DNA from: Epiperipatus broadwayi
Taxonomy: Eukaryota; Animalia; Onychophora
Assembly (NCBI GenBank): GCA_028023455.1
Contig: JAQFVV010000005.1
Location: 19,654,001 to 19,718,000, forward strand
Direction of reading: 5' to 3'
DNA: 64,000 nt
In this document: one piece after another, positions 36,460-49,950 of the stretch
Position numbering within the stretch: the first letter of the stretch is position 1
Layout: every line of letters starts with the position of its first letter
The notes under the pieces: model-generated
Database searches by the model: none
What the model was told of the DNA's origin: nothing
Seen by the model: only the letters and a program-made list of their open reading frames with translations
Program-made: the position numbers and the translations under genes

Positions 36460-37520
36460 CGTTACAATTAATTCAGCCATTTTCCCATTCTGTCCAATTA
36501 TTGCTCAGATCTTTAATTCCGCATATCTCATCCCATCTATCATCCAGCAAGGTCAATCTTCTCTGTCTTTCTTCCTGTTTCCATCCCCTCCAAAACATCT
36601 TTAATGAAACTATTTTTTTTCTTAGTTTAGGTCCAATCTAGTTTATGTTTCTAATTTCCTCATTCAGTCTTCTTTGTTCATTTACTCTTTATCATTTTAT
36701 TCATCCAATTAATTTTCTTCATTCTTCTCCATGATCAATTCTCAAAGACCTCCAGTCTTTTACTAATTCTTTTGCTCTATATCCATATTTCACAGTGATA
36801 CTATATACTCCACACATAACATTTAATTAATTTTTTTCCTTAATTCTTTCTCCAACGATCCTCTAACTATTTTCTTCCTCTTAATAAATACTTTCTTTGC
36901 CAGTGTTATTCTTTTAATTTCATCTTCACTTTCTTTTCTCCTCATTCAATCAAATACCCAAATATCTAAATCTATTTCCCTCTTCAACTATATATGTCAT
37001 GAATATAAACTTGTGTATTCTTTTTGCATTCCTTCCTATCCATAAATACTTGGTTTTCTCAAGATTAATCTTCATTCCATATTCCATACATTTTTCCTCC
37101 AATATATTCTAGAGATTCTTTTTATCCTTGTCTATGAGAGTCATATCATCTGCAAATATTATATATTTTATTATTTTACCTCCAATATTATTAGTTCCTC
37201 CATCATGTAAATATTGATTTAAGATATCTTCCAAATAAATATTAAAAAGCATATATGACATGCCGCATCAATGTCTAACTCCTCTTTCTATGCTCACTTC
37301 TTCGGTCTCATTATTCTCCAGTCTGATTTTTATTCTTTGCCCAGTGTAAATATTCCATCAATCTTTTCCCAAAATACTCCTTTATTTTTCAAAATACTCA
37401 TAAATTTATTCTAGATTACTCTATTAAATGTTTTTTTTTTCCAAATCCACATAATATATCAATTCCTTTATCTTTTTTAATATATTTATCTGCAATTGTT
37501 CTAAAAACACCAATAGCATC
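36460..37520 (-). mobile_element. 5'-truncated RTE LINE copy
   Basis: FADD at 37145-37156 on the minus strand. The 3' region is similar to 31700-32000. Confidence 0.8.
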
Positions 37521-37621
37521 TCTTGTACATACACACATATACTTGCACAGATCATTAACTTTTTATTTATTCATTTTTAAAATAATACTAATGTAATAAG
37601 ACTTTAGCTAATGAATTTAAA

Positions 37622-38128
37622 GTTGGCTTCCGCACTCCCCCTAATACTAACAGACTTATTAATAATGCGAAGGACAGATTGAATCCATCTCAGGCGCCCC
37701 AGGTCATATATAGCATTTCATGCCCTCAGGCTGGATGCAGTGCCACATACTGCGAGGAAACCAAGGCCACTGTTCATAATAGAGCTGCCCAGCACTATGT
37801 ATGCGTACAGAAGAGCAAAAAAGAATAATGATAACTTCTCAATATTTTTTGAACATGAGAAGCAGCTGGTCATGTGTTCGAACCCTGTAACCCCAAAATA
37901 GTATGCTCTGAAGCCAACGATTGTAAAAGAAAGATCAAGGAGGCATATTTTATTATCAATGATAACACGATCAATAGATGCGACACATGTTTTGCTATTT
38001 CAAGAAAATGGACAAATTAATTTACATACGCATTTATTTGCATACATTATTATTTAGTAATATTGCAGCAATGGTTTATAATCTATTTTGGCCATGAATA
38101 TGAGGAAAAAACCTCGGAAGTACTAGCC
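37622..38128 (+). mobile_element. Penelope-like GIY-YIG remnant followed by a decayed hammerhead
   Basis: VGFRTPPNTNRLINNAKDRLNPSQAPQVIYSISCPQAGCSATYCEETKATVHNRAAQH, then with frameshifts GHVFEPCNPKIVCSEANDCKRKIKEAYFI..INR..ISRKW. GGC-CATGAATA-T-GAGG-AAAAAA-CCTC-GGAAGTACTA-GCC at 38090-38128. Confidence 0.75.
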
Positions 38129-41100
38129 CTAGATTATTTTAATTGTTTTTGTTACTACTGACAGCTTCTTCTTCAGCATGTTAAAGCACTTATATATACT
38201 ATTTCTTACTATTAGAAAAAAAAAAAAAAATTCAAAAACAGAAAGACCATATTCATTTAACATTGATATTTTCTTAAGGGTGGGATTCAATCTCTAATCT
38301 GCAATTATTGCGAATTGCTATTGATGTTTAAAACATTGAGAGTTCTTGTGTTTTTTTCTTTAGTAGAATTGACAAAGTACTGATTATTATAAATCAATAT
38401 TGAATATTTCAACCTTGGGCCAAATTTTTTGAAAATTATATAGGTGAAACAGCCATTATTTTCCTGAAGCAGAGTTAAGATCTCTCCAGTATTCCTCTAA
38501 AAAGGAAATACTATTTACCGGGTCTATCACAATTGATTAATGAAAGTTTTAATATTTTCTTTCTCTAGTTTTATCCTCTAACTAAGAATAGCTCAATACT
38601 CTTTAAATAACTAATCAATTAGATGGCTAGTTAGCTTGTCAATAAGCCAGATAACTGAAAAAATTTCCAGACTTATCCAAATTCAAATTTCTGATACTAT
38701 TTTATTTACCTCTTCTTAAAAATTGTATATATATATGTACTTTAACATAGTTTAGCAAGATTAAACAATCTTACTAGTACAATTTTTTTTTTTTTAAACA
38801 TAAATCAATTAATTTGCAACTGCAATTTAAAACAATTTATCAAAAAAAATTACTATGCGGTTTGCATGCTATGTCATCATATTCAGAAGTAAGAAATTCA
38901 ATATTTTCAAAAGAAATAACAAAGAATGGTTTATTTATATTTCCTAAAATTTTTATACAGTAATGTCATAAATAAAACATGGATTTGTTTATTAAACTAT
39001 TAGTGTACTAAGTTAATAGGAAATCTAAAATAAACATTATCATGCAATTTTTCATGCAAAAGGTTTTCAAAGTCATATGAAATATTTATGGATTGTGTTA
39101 AATATACAATATATCCATCAAAACTTATATTAATTCTTTTGGGTAACAGTTTTTGAATTATAAATATGTGGTATTTGGATAACTTACAGGATGATATATG
39201 ATAAAAAAAAATTTGTAAATTTGTAAACATTCTGTTTATCAATAAAAAAAATTATTTTAAAAATTACCGATTTAATTTTTTATTAGAAGGTGGTGACCTC
39301 TCTGTTTGTTCTACTTAACTATGGTTTTGATTTATTGATATTTGTCTTTTTTTTTTTTTTTAGAAAGCATTGTTTTTCACTATAGCCATGACAGTGTTTA
39401 TTCATTATATGATATTCAAGAAATTATAATGTGAAATTTTCAAATATCTAAAGCAATTCGGTTTTATAAGTATACAGATCTGATAGATAAACAACTTTGT
39501 TTTCATGATCTTAATTACAAGCCTTTATATGAAACTAAACATCACATGACTGTTCTGGGTTAATTCTAGTATACAGAGGGAAAAAATATTTCACTAACTG
39601 TAATTTTTTTAAAAATTTCATATCTGAGGTATGAAGGACATTAAAAATAAAATAACTGAATGGGTGTCACTCAGGAGCTCATGATATTTGAGCTACAGAA
39701 ATAACAGGATTTGATCCAGAGATCTTTAGCTTTTAATTTCAACATTCTACAAGTTACATTAGACTAAATAAGGAAAAGATATTAAATTCTAAAGTGGATG
39801 TAAAACTGCCACACATTACTGAACTAGTAATGTGTGAGCACTATGTAGCAGCAGATAATTGCTTCCTGTTGAATATTCCTTCCAGTCACTTCAGGATTAT
39901 AGTAAATTTACTGAGCTCATAAAAGCATGCATCATAACTATGATACCTAATGGTGTTTTCTTGAAACCATTTGCTTTTCTATGTTTTGAGTTAGTAGTAA
40001 AGTAGATGACTGGAGTTCAAGATCAATGGATCACAACCCACTTATTATTACAGTGTTCATATTCCTTATAAATTCCCAAGCAATATGTCATTCGATTATT
40101 AATATTAATGACAGTTTAGTTGCCATAGTTTTACAAATTGGTTTGTATGGATGTGCATTTACTGACATTGTCAACCTGATTAGCTAGGTCCTTCTACATT
40201 TATCAGTCAGATGTTGTTTGATACATATATTTAATCTACATCAAGAAATTAGAAGGAAGTGGAATGGTCGTCTATTGCTAAAAATGTCAAAAGTTTTAAT
40301 TTCCATTTTGTGGGGTAAAAGGTTCAGAAAACAAATTTCATCATTTTCAGGGTAGTACAGTAAAGAATATGGACAATTTTGCTCAATTATGTTGGTTTCA
40401 CGAAATTGTTGACATTCAAATTGATGATGTTTGTCAAACTTGAGTGGATGGAATAAGAAAGCAAAAGAACTTTTATTATGGCTAAATATATGAAATTTAA
40501 ATATAATTTTCATTCAATGTAATGTATGTGAACAACTTTTAACCTAACGCCAACTTTTTTTAAAATTTGTTTTGTATTTATCTTCAATCTGTAAAAATGT
40601 ATACATTTCATATTTGAAACTATCACAAACAAGCTACCTGTAATTGAAATTGATTAAAAATGTATGCATGTTTGATAAAGGCTTTAAAGTTATATGAGTT
40701 TATTTAATAAGAAACTGATAAGTCCATATTTACTTATGCTTTTTATATAGAAAGCATATATGTAGACATTTATTTATTTTTTGCAAGGAGGGGTAGTTTT
40801 AAAAGAAAGTGTATACATTTTCAGGTTTTATTTGGGGGGTATCAATGCATCTTTCATCTCCACCATATCCCAACCATCTACTAATACAGAAATTCAGACA
40901 GCTTTTTCTTATGAAAGCATTTGTTTCTCAAACAATCTTTACTTATCAAATGAACTAGAAGTATCAAAACGAATTTACATGCCGTGTTCAGAGCTCAATG
41001 CTTTTCTATTACATCACTCGCCAAGATAGGGAATGGTTTTTATCCATTTTTAGCTCTTTGTGGAAGGATGAATAATTGTTGCATTGCGAGCATATTTTAA

Positions 41101-41879
41101 ACTTTTATTTTTATCAGTGCATCTCTCATTTCAACTCTTTCATATTGTGACCACGTTTATTTCATGATTTATTGTATTTAAATTGGGTTAGAAGCAGTAA
41201 TGAACCCGAAAATTACTTGATGCAGTATATGTATGCCAAGAGACTGAAGAATGTCCTTGCAAAAATCATAGTGTTCATCACCAATGCTGGCCATTGCTTT
41301 TCACCAGCTATTAACAAAAATTATTATAGCATATTATTTAGTATTTGTAATAAATCAATAATACTGATATCATGAGATACATACATATATATATATTGTA
41401 ACAGTAGTCAGTGGGTATAATTTATTGAGGCCATTTTTATGTAGCTAATTTATATAGCATGAAACAAATGTATAAGGTGAATCATAAATATATAAAACAA
41501 CATTTACAAACTAGAGCATGGGAAGAGAAATTCATTTGTTTCTTTATCCAGACTTACAAATATTTTTAATTCTTGGGCACCATATGAAGCAGGATATCTA
41601 TCTAATGTGCACTATGCTAGTTTTCCCATTAATTATAAGCCCACAATGGCCAACACATCAGAAATATGATCCTAAGATTAAATCCTAATCGCTATGATAG
41701 TAAATTGATAATCATAATGCATTATAGAATACTTGACCCTAATGGTTGCCACTTTTGGCATTTAAACTTCAAATTAAGACATGTAACTAGATGAATTGAA
41801 GTGAGAACCAGTAATAACAAACAATGAATTTATTTATATACATGTAATTAATTTATGCAGAAACTACTGAAAATCCCTA

Positions 41880-42155
41880 TCAACTATAGTTGACTAAAAC
41901 AAAATGAAAAAGTACAGAATGAACCCACCTGTGTTTAGTTTAGATCATATATAAGCATTCATTTTATTGACTTGTTATACAATGCAGAGGATGAATTATA
42001 TATGTTAATGTAATTTCAGGATAGTATATATATAAATAATATAATTCATCCTCTATGTTGTAATACATCAATAGATTGAATGTTTATATACAATCCAAAC
42101 TAAAGTACAGGTAGTTCTACTCTATACTTTTTGTTTATTGATGGAGTTGTTTTAG
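41880..42155. repeat. Old imperfect palindrome (fold-back)
   Basis: agaggatgaattatat / atataattcatcctct, with degenerate inverted symmetry extending outward. Confidence 0.55.
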
Positions 42156-43270
42156 TTTATATGTAACTCGATGCAAGTTTTTGGTACCTTCCACATATCA
42201 TCTTCATTTGAGCTATCCCAATTTATATAAATATAATTAATATAATAAGGAAATATTAAATTATAGCAATAAATAAATAAATAGATAAGTGACAATACCT
42301 GGTATATGAACAGTTCACAACTTGTCTACTGCTTGTTTTCTATTATTTTCAATAAATTTAATAAATATGATGGTTAATTATTTTAAGTGAATTAATGTAG
42401 ATAAGAAATGTATCACAACTCTAAACCCACACATGAATTCGTTTTTAATATAAGAACAAGGATATTAATTTTTATTTTTCAATCATTTATATTTTTATTT
42501 ACGAAGTTGGGCAGAAATATTAAGTGAATGAAGGTTTAAAATATCCATTTGTCAAATATTTCCCTCTTTTAAACATTTACATTATAAAATAAAATATTTT
42601 CCCTGATATCTGTGCTTTTTATTGGATAAATACATTATAAATATCAAATGTGCAAATGATTATCCTAGATATAATAAGTTTTATAAAATAATTAATTGTT
42701 TATTAACTGATACCATCTTTATCTTACAATAACAGGTTTTGATAACAGAAATGTCTATCAACTTTAATTCAATTTAGAGATAAAGTTAATGTTCAGTGAT
42801 TATTCATTAAAATGAACATTAATGAAACTTAATATTTGTATTTATTTCTTTTATTTTATCAAATATTTGATCCACTTATAAATTAACTAAATTGTTTTTT
42901 TTTAAGTTAGTGGTTACAATGAATGCAATAGTCAAAACATTTTTACCCTCTAGTGTTAAGTTCTTTTATTGTTCACTATTTTTTTATCCAATGATTTTCT
43001 TTCTTCATCATCGGGGCTCACCATAATTCATAAATGACAAATTGAAATTACCAATTGATAAACTGGATTAAAATCCCAATTTTCACTGTTTTTGCTTGTA
43101 TTTGATGCTAGAACATTTATAAACCAATTATGAAAGAGAGAAATATGTGTAAAATTTTAATTATCATCTCAGTTATAGAATAGAGTTGGTGAAGAAAAGG
43201 AGGGCTTCATCCCCATTTCTTGTTGCTGACTCTTAGTCATCTTTGCGGTAACAACTATTATACAAATAAA

Positions 43271-43557
43271 CATCACATGACCGCCACTTCTTATGCTTGT
43301 GTATAGCTGTTGTGTAAACAGGCAAAACTCACTATACATATTGCCACACACAGCTGCTGGAGGGTTGCATTAGATCCTAAGATCTAGGTGTAGTGTTCTC
43401 AGATCCAAGGCTCCTCACTGATGAAGGCCACAAGCCGGAAACTAGTCTGGGGATATTGGATGAGTAGGCACTAGATGGGGATTTTATGCACAAGCCTTCT
43501 GGCATCCATTGATTACTCTAGCTTGCTGTGTGTGGCAATATGTATAGTGAGGTTTAC
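43271..43557. mobile_element. Family 1 hammerhead fold-back insertion, copy D
   Basis: 16-bp TSD CTATTATACAAATAAA at 43255-43270 and 43558-43573. Short antisense arm followed by a sense arm. Confidence 0.9.
43412..43453 (+). ncRNA. Minimal type I hammerhead ribozyme (family 1, best-preserved copy)
   Basis: TCCTCA CTGATGA A-GGC-CACAA-GCC-G GAAA CTAG TC TGGGGA. Stem I has 6 bp with one G-U pair and stem III is the palindrome ACTAGT. GUC cleavage predicted after C43447. Confidence 0.82.
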
Positions 43558-44090
43558 CTATTATACAAATAAAAATATTTTAAATCGTTTTCTGAAAAAA
43601 GAAAAAAAAATCCTGTACTTTTGTTTAATTATTTCTTTTTATAGTTCTATTTATTTTTAATTTTTGCATGAGAGCAAGTTTGCATTCACTTTTTGTTCTA
43701 AATTGATTTATTTATTTATTTGACATTATTTTAAAATAATTTAATCAGATTTATTATTAATAATAATTATTGCATAATGACTTCATTGGTTATAGTATGA
43801 TATTTTTTTATTACTATAAATAAATATATGAAATTGCTAATATGTGTGCTTAAACTGATTCACTATCATGTACACTTTCATCCATTCCATTGTCATTCTG
43901 ACCTTTATTGCTGAAGCTAATGTTATGCCCTTATGTTTTAAACTATTATGTTCTTATGTTTGCCCTGAATTTTAATGGATTGATCTCACCAGAGATTAAT
44001 GCCAGAATCTTACTATTGATTTTTTTTTTTTTTTAATAATTATTTATTTGCACTAATTTGCAAGATTGAGGCTATCAGTCTCAATATATT

Positions 44091-44555
44091 ATATTTAATG
44101 TGTGGAAATATCCATTTATAATTACTTAATTAGAAAGCATTTTACCTAGAACAGTAACCAATGACTGCCCCAGCTCAAGAGTGAAAGTAAAACTAACAAG
44201 CTAATTGCATTCAAAAGGGAAATCCTCTTTTTAATGCCCCTCTAGATCTAATATAGAGAACAAAGCATTACAGTTTACATTTTTACAGGGTAAAAAATCA
44301 AAGAATAGCAAATTTTTCAATTTTCTTACTTAATAATAAACTCCACTGGTAGTTTATGTATTGTAATATAATATTTTAAATGAATGTTTAGGTATAAATA
44401 TTTAATGTGGCGAGTTATCCATTTATAATTATTTAATTGGAAAACAATTCATAGCCAATGAAAGCTAACTGCCCAGGTCAAGAATGAAAATAAAACTGTC
44501 AGGCTAAATGCATTCAAAAGGAAGATTCTCTTTTTAATGTCACTCTAGTTATATG
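44091..44555 (+). repeat. Diverged direct repeat, period about 307 bp
   Basis: atatttaatgtg..tatccatttataatta..actgccc..tcaaga.tgaaa.taaaact..tgcattcaaaagg..ctctttttaatg at 44091 and 44398. Confidence 0.7.
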
Positions 44556-45339
44556 CAACTTAGTACATGCTTTTGTTATAATCTTGATGAAAAAATAGTA
44601 CTCTGATAACTCTAAGGGCTACATTAGAATTAGTATTGTTACTGGTTTTACCAATCTACAAAGAACTTTGTAAGATAGAAATCAAAACTTAGAGGTAATC
44701 TAGCAACCATTATTAGTCTGAATTAAAAGGATGAATTTCCTTGGAAAGGGTCTGGACAGATAATAGAATGTCTACTTGGCCACGAAAATGAAAAGAAAGC
44801 TATGGAAAGATTCTTGTTATTTATGGTGATAAAACTCAAAATATTGCATACTTCTGTCCAGCATTTAATTTTAGGAGCAATAATTTATTATTAAATCTAG
44901 TTCAGAGTCATCTATATGAACCTGAATAATCACTGGATACTAGATTATAATGCAATATCCACATTATACTGTAAATGGCCACTAGCATGAGGCTGTGAAT
45001 GTATTTTGCCATCTGGTGTCCATTGATTACTCAAGCTTGTAGTATATGACTTCAGAATAGAATAAATGAAGTGAATTACTGCTTTTAAAAGCCCAAAAAA
45101 TCCATTTTTTTAAAAAGCTTGGGCTTCGACATCCCAGCAGTCATAGATTAAGTCCAAAATCTTGGGCATGGTTTCTATTTTATCAATAAGAAATCTTTAT
45201 TATATACTAGGAATCACAGTTGCAAAATATAAAGTTTAATAATAAAAAAATGGCCATATGATTTCTAGCGTTATAAAAATAATAATTCTTATTTTTTTCC
45301 TTTTACTTTCTATGCATTTTTTCATAAATCACATATATC

Positions 45340-45378
45340 GCTCTGATGAAGACTGCAGGACAGTCGAAACTATCAGGA
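45340..45378 (+). ncRNA. Orphan, probably decayed, Penelope-type hammerhead motif
   Basis: CTGATGA (45343-45349) A GACTG CAGGA CAGTC GAAAC TATC. Stem II is a perfect 5 bp, but stems I and III are weak. Confidence 0.5.
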
Positions 45379-46818
45379 AAATAAAGAAAGCATTAAAAAA
45401 AGTTTTTTGCATTAAAGTATATGAAGGGGTTATTGTATGCAATATATATGAAAAATAATAATAAAAAAATTCTATCTTTAAAAAAAAATTACACATTTAA
45501 CAAATTTCCCTTGGATAATTAACAAAATAACAAAAAAGTATAACATCTGAACCATTAAAATTAATATTTGTTACATATTTATAAAAAATCAATACAGCCA
45601 TATATGAAAACAAAATTAACTATACTTCTATGAAGATTCAATTCAGTTAAAAAAGGTAAACATTTTTTTTTTTGGGGGGGGGGGCATTCTAAGAATATAG
45701 AGTCACAATTAAAACTAAAAAACTTGTCCTATATCCGGGAAAGTTTTTCATCAACAAAGAGCAGGTATATGGAAATAATAATTAGCACTACCACCTAGTA
45801 TCTATTGATTACTGAAGCTTACAATAGCAATGTTGAAAAAACAGAATTCGCTACCTGTTAGCCTTAAATTCTTGTGACTTTCACTCTTAACTTTTGAAAC
45901 TTATTTTTAAAAAATCAAATTATTTGATTGGAATCTCTTAAAACACATGGAAATTTTTTTTAAAAATTAAATATAAAGTTTTAATGACAAAGAATATTTT
46001 TTATTTTAATGTTTATACTTTAAAGGAATTTAAAAGCAGTTTTTTTTTAATAATTTAAATCCCAATAAAAATAGCAAAAATTTTTTAATGGTTTTACTTG
46101 AAGTGATTTAACAAAAGAACTCATTTTGGAAATATTTGTGCATTTCGGAAATATTTTACATTATGTATATATCTTAAGATCTCTGTCCAAAAACAAAGTA
46201 GAGTTACTAGGCAATAGATTTGTACAACCAAACAATAACATTTGATTATCATCAGTACTAATTTGCTTACCACTCTTTTAACATAATGTATTCCATCATC
46301 TCAACTTTAGACCAAATCATAAAGCTTAATGAATTTCTACAGCTACAATGTATAATTTATATTTAATTTGTATTATTAAAGAACTTCTAAAAGAGTATGG
46401 AGTTACGGTAGAAATAAATCATAAACACCAACTGGATATCTAGAAAAATATAGCAAAGATCTCAATAATAACTTGAAAAATAAAATAGCAGTTGACAAAT
46501 ATTCAGTGTCTTGATGAATTAGTTCCTAAATGCATGATCTCTGTCCTTCAAAGAAAGAGACTAGCTATTACTAGTTGATGGATTTTGACAGTTTTCTTTC
46601 TTTGCTTTACTCTAGCTAATAATTTTTATAGTCCTATCTTCTGATCAATATTGGATGATTATCTCAAATGAATAAGAATGAGCTACCTGGAAAAAAAATC
46701 CCGTCTGATTAGAATTGCAAAATGTTATGTTTTACTTAGCCTATATTCAAATCTCAAGTTATAGGATAGCAATTGGATATGCTATCTCTACAACAGAGTC
46801 TTCATATATATTGATTAT

Positions 46819-47040
46819 GAACATCATATGATCACTATTTCTTATGCTTGCTCATAACTGTTATAAAACAGGCAAAACACTATACATATTGCCACTTAGT
46901 GCAAGCCAGAGTAATCAATGGATGCCAGCACTAGATGAGTAGGCACTAGATGGAGATTTTATGCACAAGCCTTCTGACATCCATTGATTACTCAGGCTTG
47001 CACTGAGTGGCAATATGTATAGAGAGTTTTGCCTGTTTTA
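46819..47040. mobile_element. Family 1 fold-back insertion, copy E (both arms truncated before the ribozyme)
   Basis: 13-bp TSD ATATATTGATTAT at 46806-46818 and 47041-47053. Confidence 0.88.
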
Positions 47041-47934
47041 ATATATTGATTATATATGCATAGCTATTTTTAGTTCTGCATTTTGATGAGGATAATAAAA
47101 ACTCCACACTGAACTTTCTTTTTGAATCATGGTTTTATTTTATTTCTTTGTAAGATTTGTCACTTGCTTATTGGAGGAAAAAAAAATACACTATTTAAGA
47201 ATGTTTGTATTAATTCACACATTTAAAAGCAGAGACTCCAAGCATGATATGAGATTGTCATTCTTTTTTAAAAAAAAAATACAATATTTAAACTAAGTTA
47301 AGGAATAGCACATCATTTATATCACTATATTTTATAATGTGATTTTAAAACCTTATTAAGCATTGTCAAATACAGCTATATTAAGTTGAATTTAATTAAA
47401 ATCAGATGGCATTGAAGAAAACAAGATTTAGAACAGTGAAAATTGAGAATCTAATAGTGAGCTTCCCGGGTTCATTATCTGGCATTTATATATAAAGTCG
47501 TGCAACATTTTTTCAGGATGCTGAAATATTTGTGTATAACATCGATATTATTTCAAATGCCATCCTAGTTGTCAATAATTATCAGTTTATGAATATCGTT
47601 GAAGTATGCATTTCCTAGCATTAATATGAAGGGGCACAGAGATGATCAGCATTACTTGGTAAAACACTGTCTCTGTATTTAGGCCTAAACGGAGAAACTA
47701 TATAGGGAGAATTTCTATTACCTGAAAATATGTGTGTAACCTGCTTCGAAATAGATAATAAATATTTATCATAATCTCAATTTTATTTCTTAAAAAATTA
47801 AATAATTGTTATTTTCGTAGAAATAAATTTTTGATTAAATGATCGTCTTTAAAAAAAATGTGTGCAAATGTTTTTACATCTTAAATAATATAATACGATG
47901 TAGTCAAAATAATTTTGGATTACAATAAAAACCT

Positions 47935-48000
47935 GTAAAGTGGCGCTAGTGTCTGACATTTCCTTTTAATTTATATTAAACCGGAAGTATCCAGCTTGCG
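47935..48000 (+). promoter_or_regulatory. Probable housekeeping-type promoter or start of a first exon
   Basis: Local CpG enrichment in AT-rich DNA, ETS-type CCGGAAGT at about 47981 and GTGGCGCTAGTG at 47940, followed by GC-rich sequence. Confidence 0.4.
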
Positions 48001-49384
48001 TTCCTAAGCAACGAGCTGCTGATGGGTTTTTATGTCAACACGATAATTTTGGCAGCTGCTGCCAGACCCAGTTCTAACAATAATGGTAATAATAAATCGG
48101 ATGATGGGAAAAGAAAGAAATCCATCGCTTGGGGGAGAAGAGGAGCCGCCCCGCCGCGCAAGGGGAGGGGGGGGGGGGGGGGGGGGGGGGGTTCCGGGCC
48201 GGGGGAGGGGATGAAAAAAAAAAAAAAAATAAAATTCGATAATGGAAAGGATAATTAATTTAGTGTTGAAGAGAAAATGCAAACACTAGATTTTACTATT
48301 TGTTTTTACTGTTTAATATCTCTAAATAAATAATTTCTCGATAAATACTTAAATTTATCACAAAAGAAAAATACTACTTTAATGACATGACTACTTAATT
48401 TTAGACGACTTAAAAGTGAGGAATTAAAAACTCATAAATAATAAATGAAATTAAAGTAAATCTTAAATTTAATAAGTGATAATTCCGTGTTTTCTATAGA
48501 AACTTAAATTGCTATTAATATACTACTTCCACATATGTACTTTTTTATTTCGCGCAGGTGGAAGACAATTAAGACTATTACTTTGTAATGCCACTCTTAA
48601 ATTAATGTTTATGATATATTCACAAATGAAAATGCTAAAATAAATTATATTTAAGAGGGACAAGACACTAATTAAATATTTTCTGTAGCTCAGTCACTTA
48701 TACACATCATAAATCATTGCAGAGTAATACTTTCCCACAAGACCTGTTGCAAGCTTTGTTATGATGTGGAAAATCCTTTGATCTTACCGATCATGCAGTT
48801 CTCAGATTTGAACTTTTCTATGAATATTTTTTACCTCAAGAATTATGTATTTTAAATTCTTCAATTTTTATAATAACAATATTATTTTGGTTTTGATTCC
48901 AACTAGATTTGTATAGTTATTCCTAATATATATTCTTCCACCATATTTTTTTTTTGTTATGGCAGTCTTGGTTTTGCATTACAATTCAAATTTTATATTT
49001 CACACTCATTTGATTAAAAGCTTACTATTACACATAAATGGGCAGGCTTTTTTGTACCGAAACTACCGACTTTGTTGCTTTGAAGCTGACAGAAAGAACA
49101 ACATAGAGCTATACACTAAAGATTTATTAAGTATTGGTTTCAATTTTTTTTTTTAATAAAATATAGGAAATTTTATTCTGTAATTTGTTTACAACTCATA
49201 TGATAAGGTTAAAAATGGGATACATTAAATGATATTCAAAGAAGAAAAAAGTTTGATGATGTTTATTATCTTGTTACAAATCTTTGAGTTTACATGATTA
49301 TAATGTGTGCTATACAAAGTTTAACTCTTCATTTTACTCAGTAAATGTTAATTCACATACTATAACTAAGAAATTGAAACCTCA

Positions 49385-49950
49385 ATGGACACATCATCCC
49401 CCTCGTCCAAAAAATTAAATGTCACTAAAACAATATAAACAACTTTTATAATAACATCAATAAGCAACAGATCAAAGATGATAGAAAGTATGTAACTATC
49501 CCTTTTTTAAAAAATATCACAAAAATAATAAAGAGCCTCTCCAAGGACTTCCAAATAAATATACTCCTCCTCCTAATATTAATAGGGCAATTAATAATTC
49601 TAAGCACCATGTTAATTCTGAATCCATTCCCCAGGTTGTTTATGGAATAGCCCTCAAATTGGATGTAATGCTATATACATCGGGGAAACTCATGTTAATA
49701 TTGCCACCAGGATATATCAACACAAATATTTGTATAACAAAGTCAAAAATGAAACTAAGTCAATATTCTGGGAGCACCAAGTTACAACCATTCATATTTT
49801 TGAACCATCTGAAGCCAGCATTATTTGATCTGAGAGAGATGATGTTAAAAGAAACATGAAGGAAGTCTACCAGATAGCCAATAACAACAGCGCCATCAAC
49901 AAAAGAGAGTCTTGCTTTACTCTTTCCAAAGCAGGGAACGTTTAGAAATT
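49385..49950 (+). mobile_element. Penelope-like GIY-YIG remnant, same lineage as 37622-38011
   Basis: KYVTIPFLKNITKIIK, QVVYGIA/PQIGCNAIYIGETHVNIATRIYQH (YIGET from 49676), SIFWEH..HIFEP..KRNMKE..AINKRESCFTLSKA. Confidence 0.8.

Noticed and set aside
48004-48282. Pro-rich or Gly-rich ORFs
   Set aside because: They depend on a long G homopolymer of doubtful accuracy.
48541-48860. Splice-acceptor-like sites at 48557 and about 48689 read as exons of the second gene
   Set aside because: The frames are short or unrecognisable, and no donor or homology supports them.
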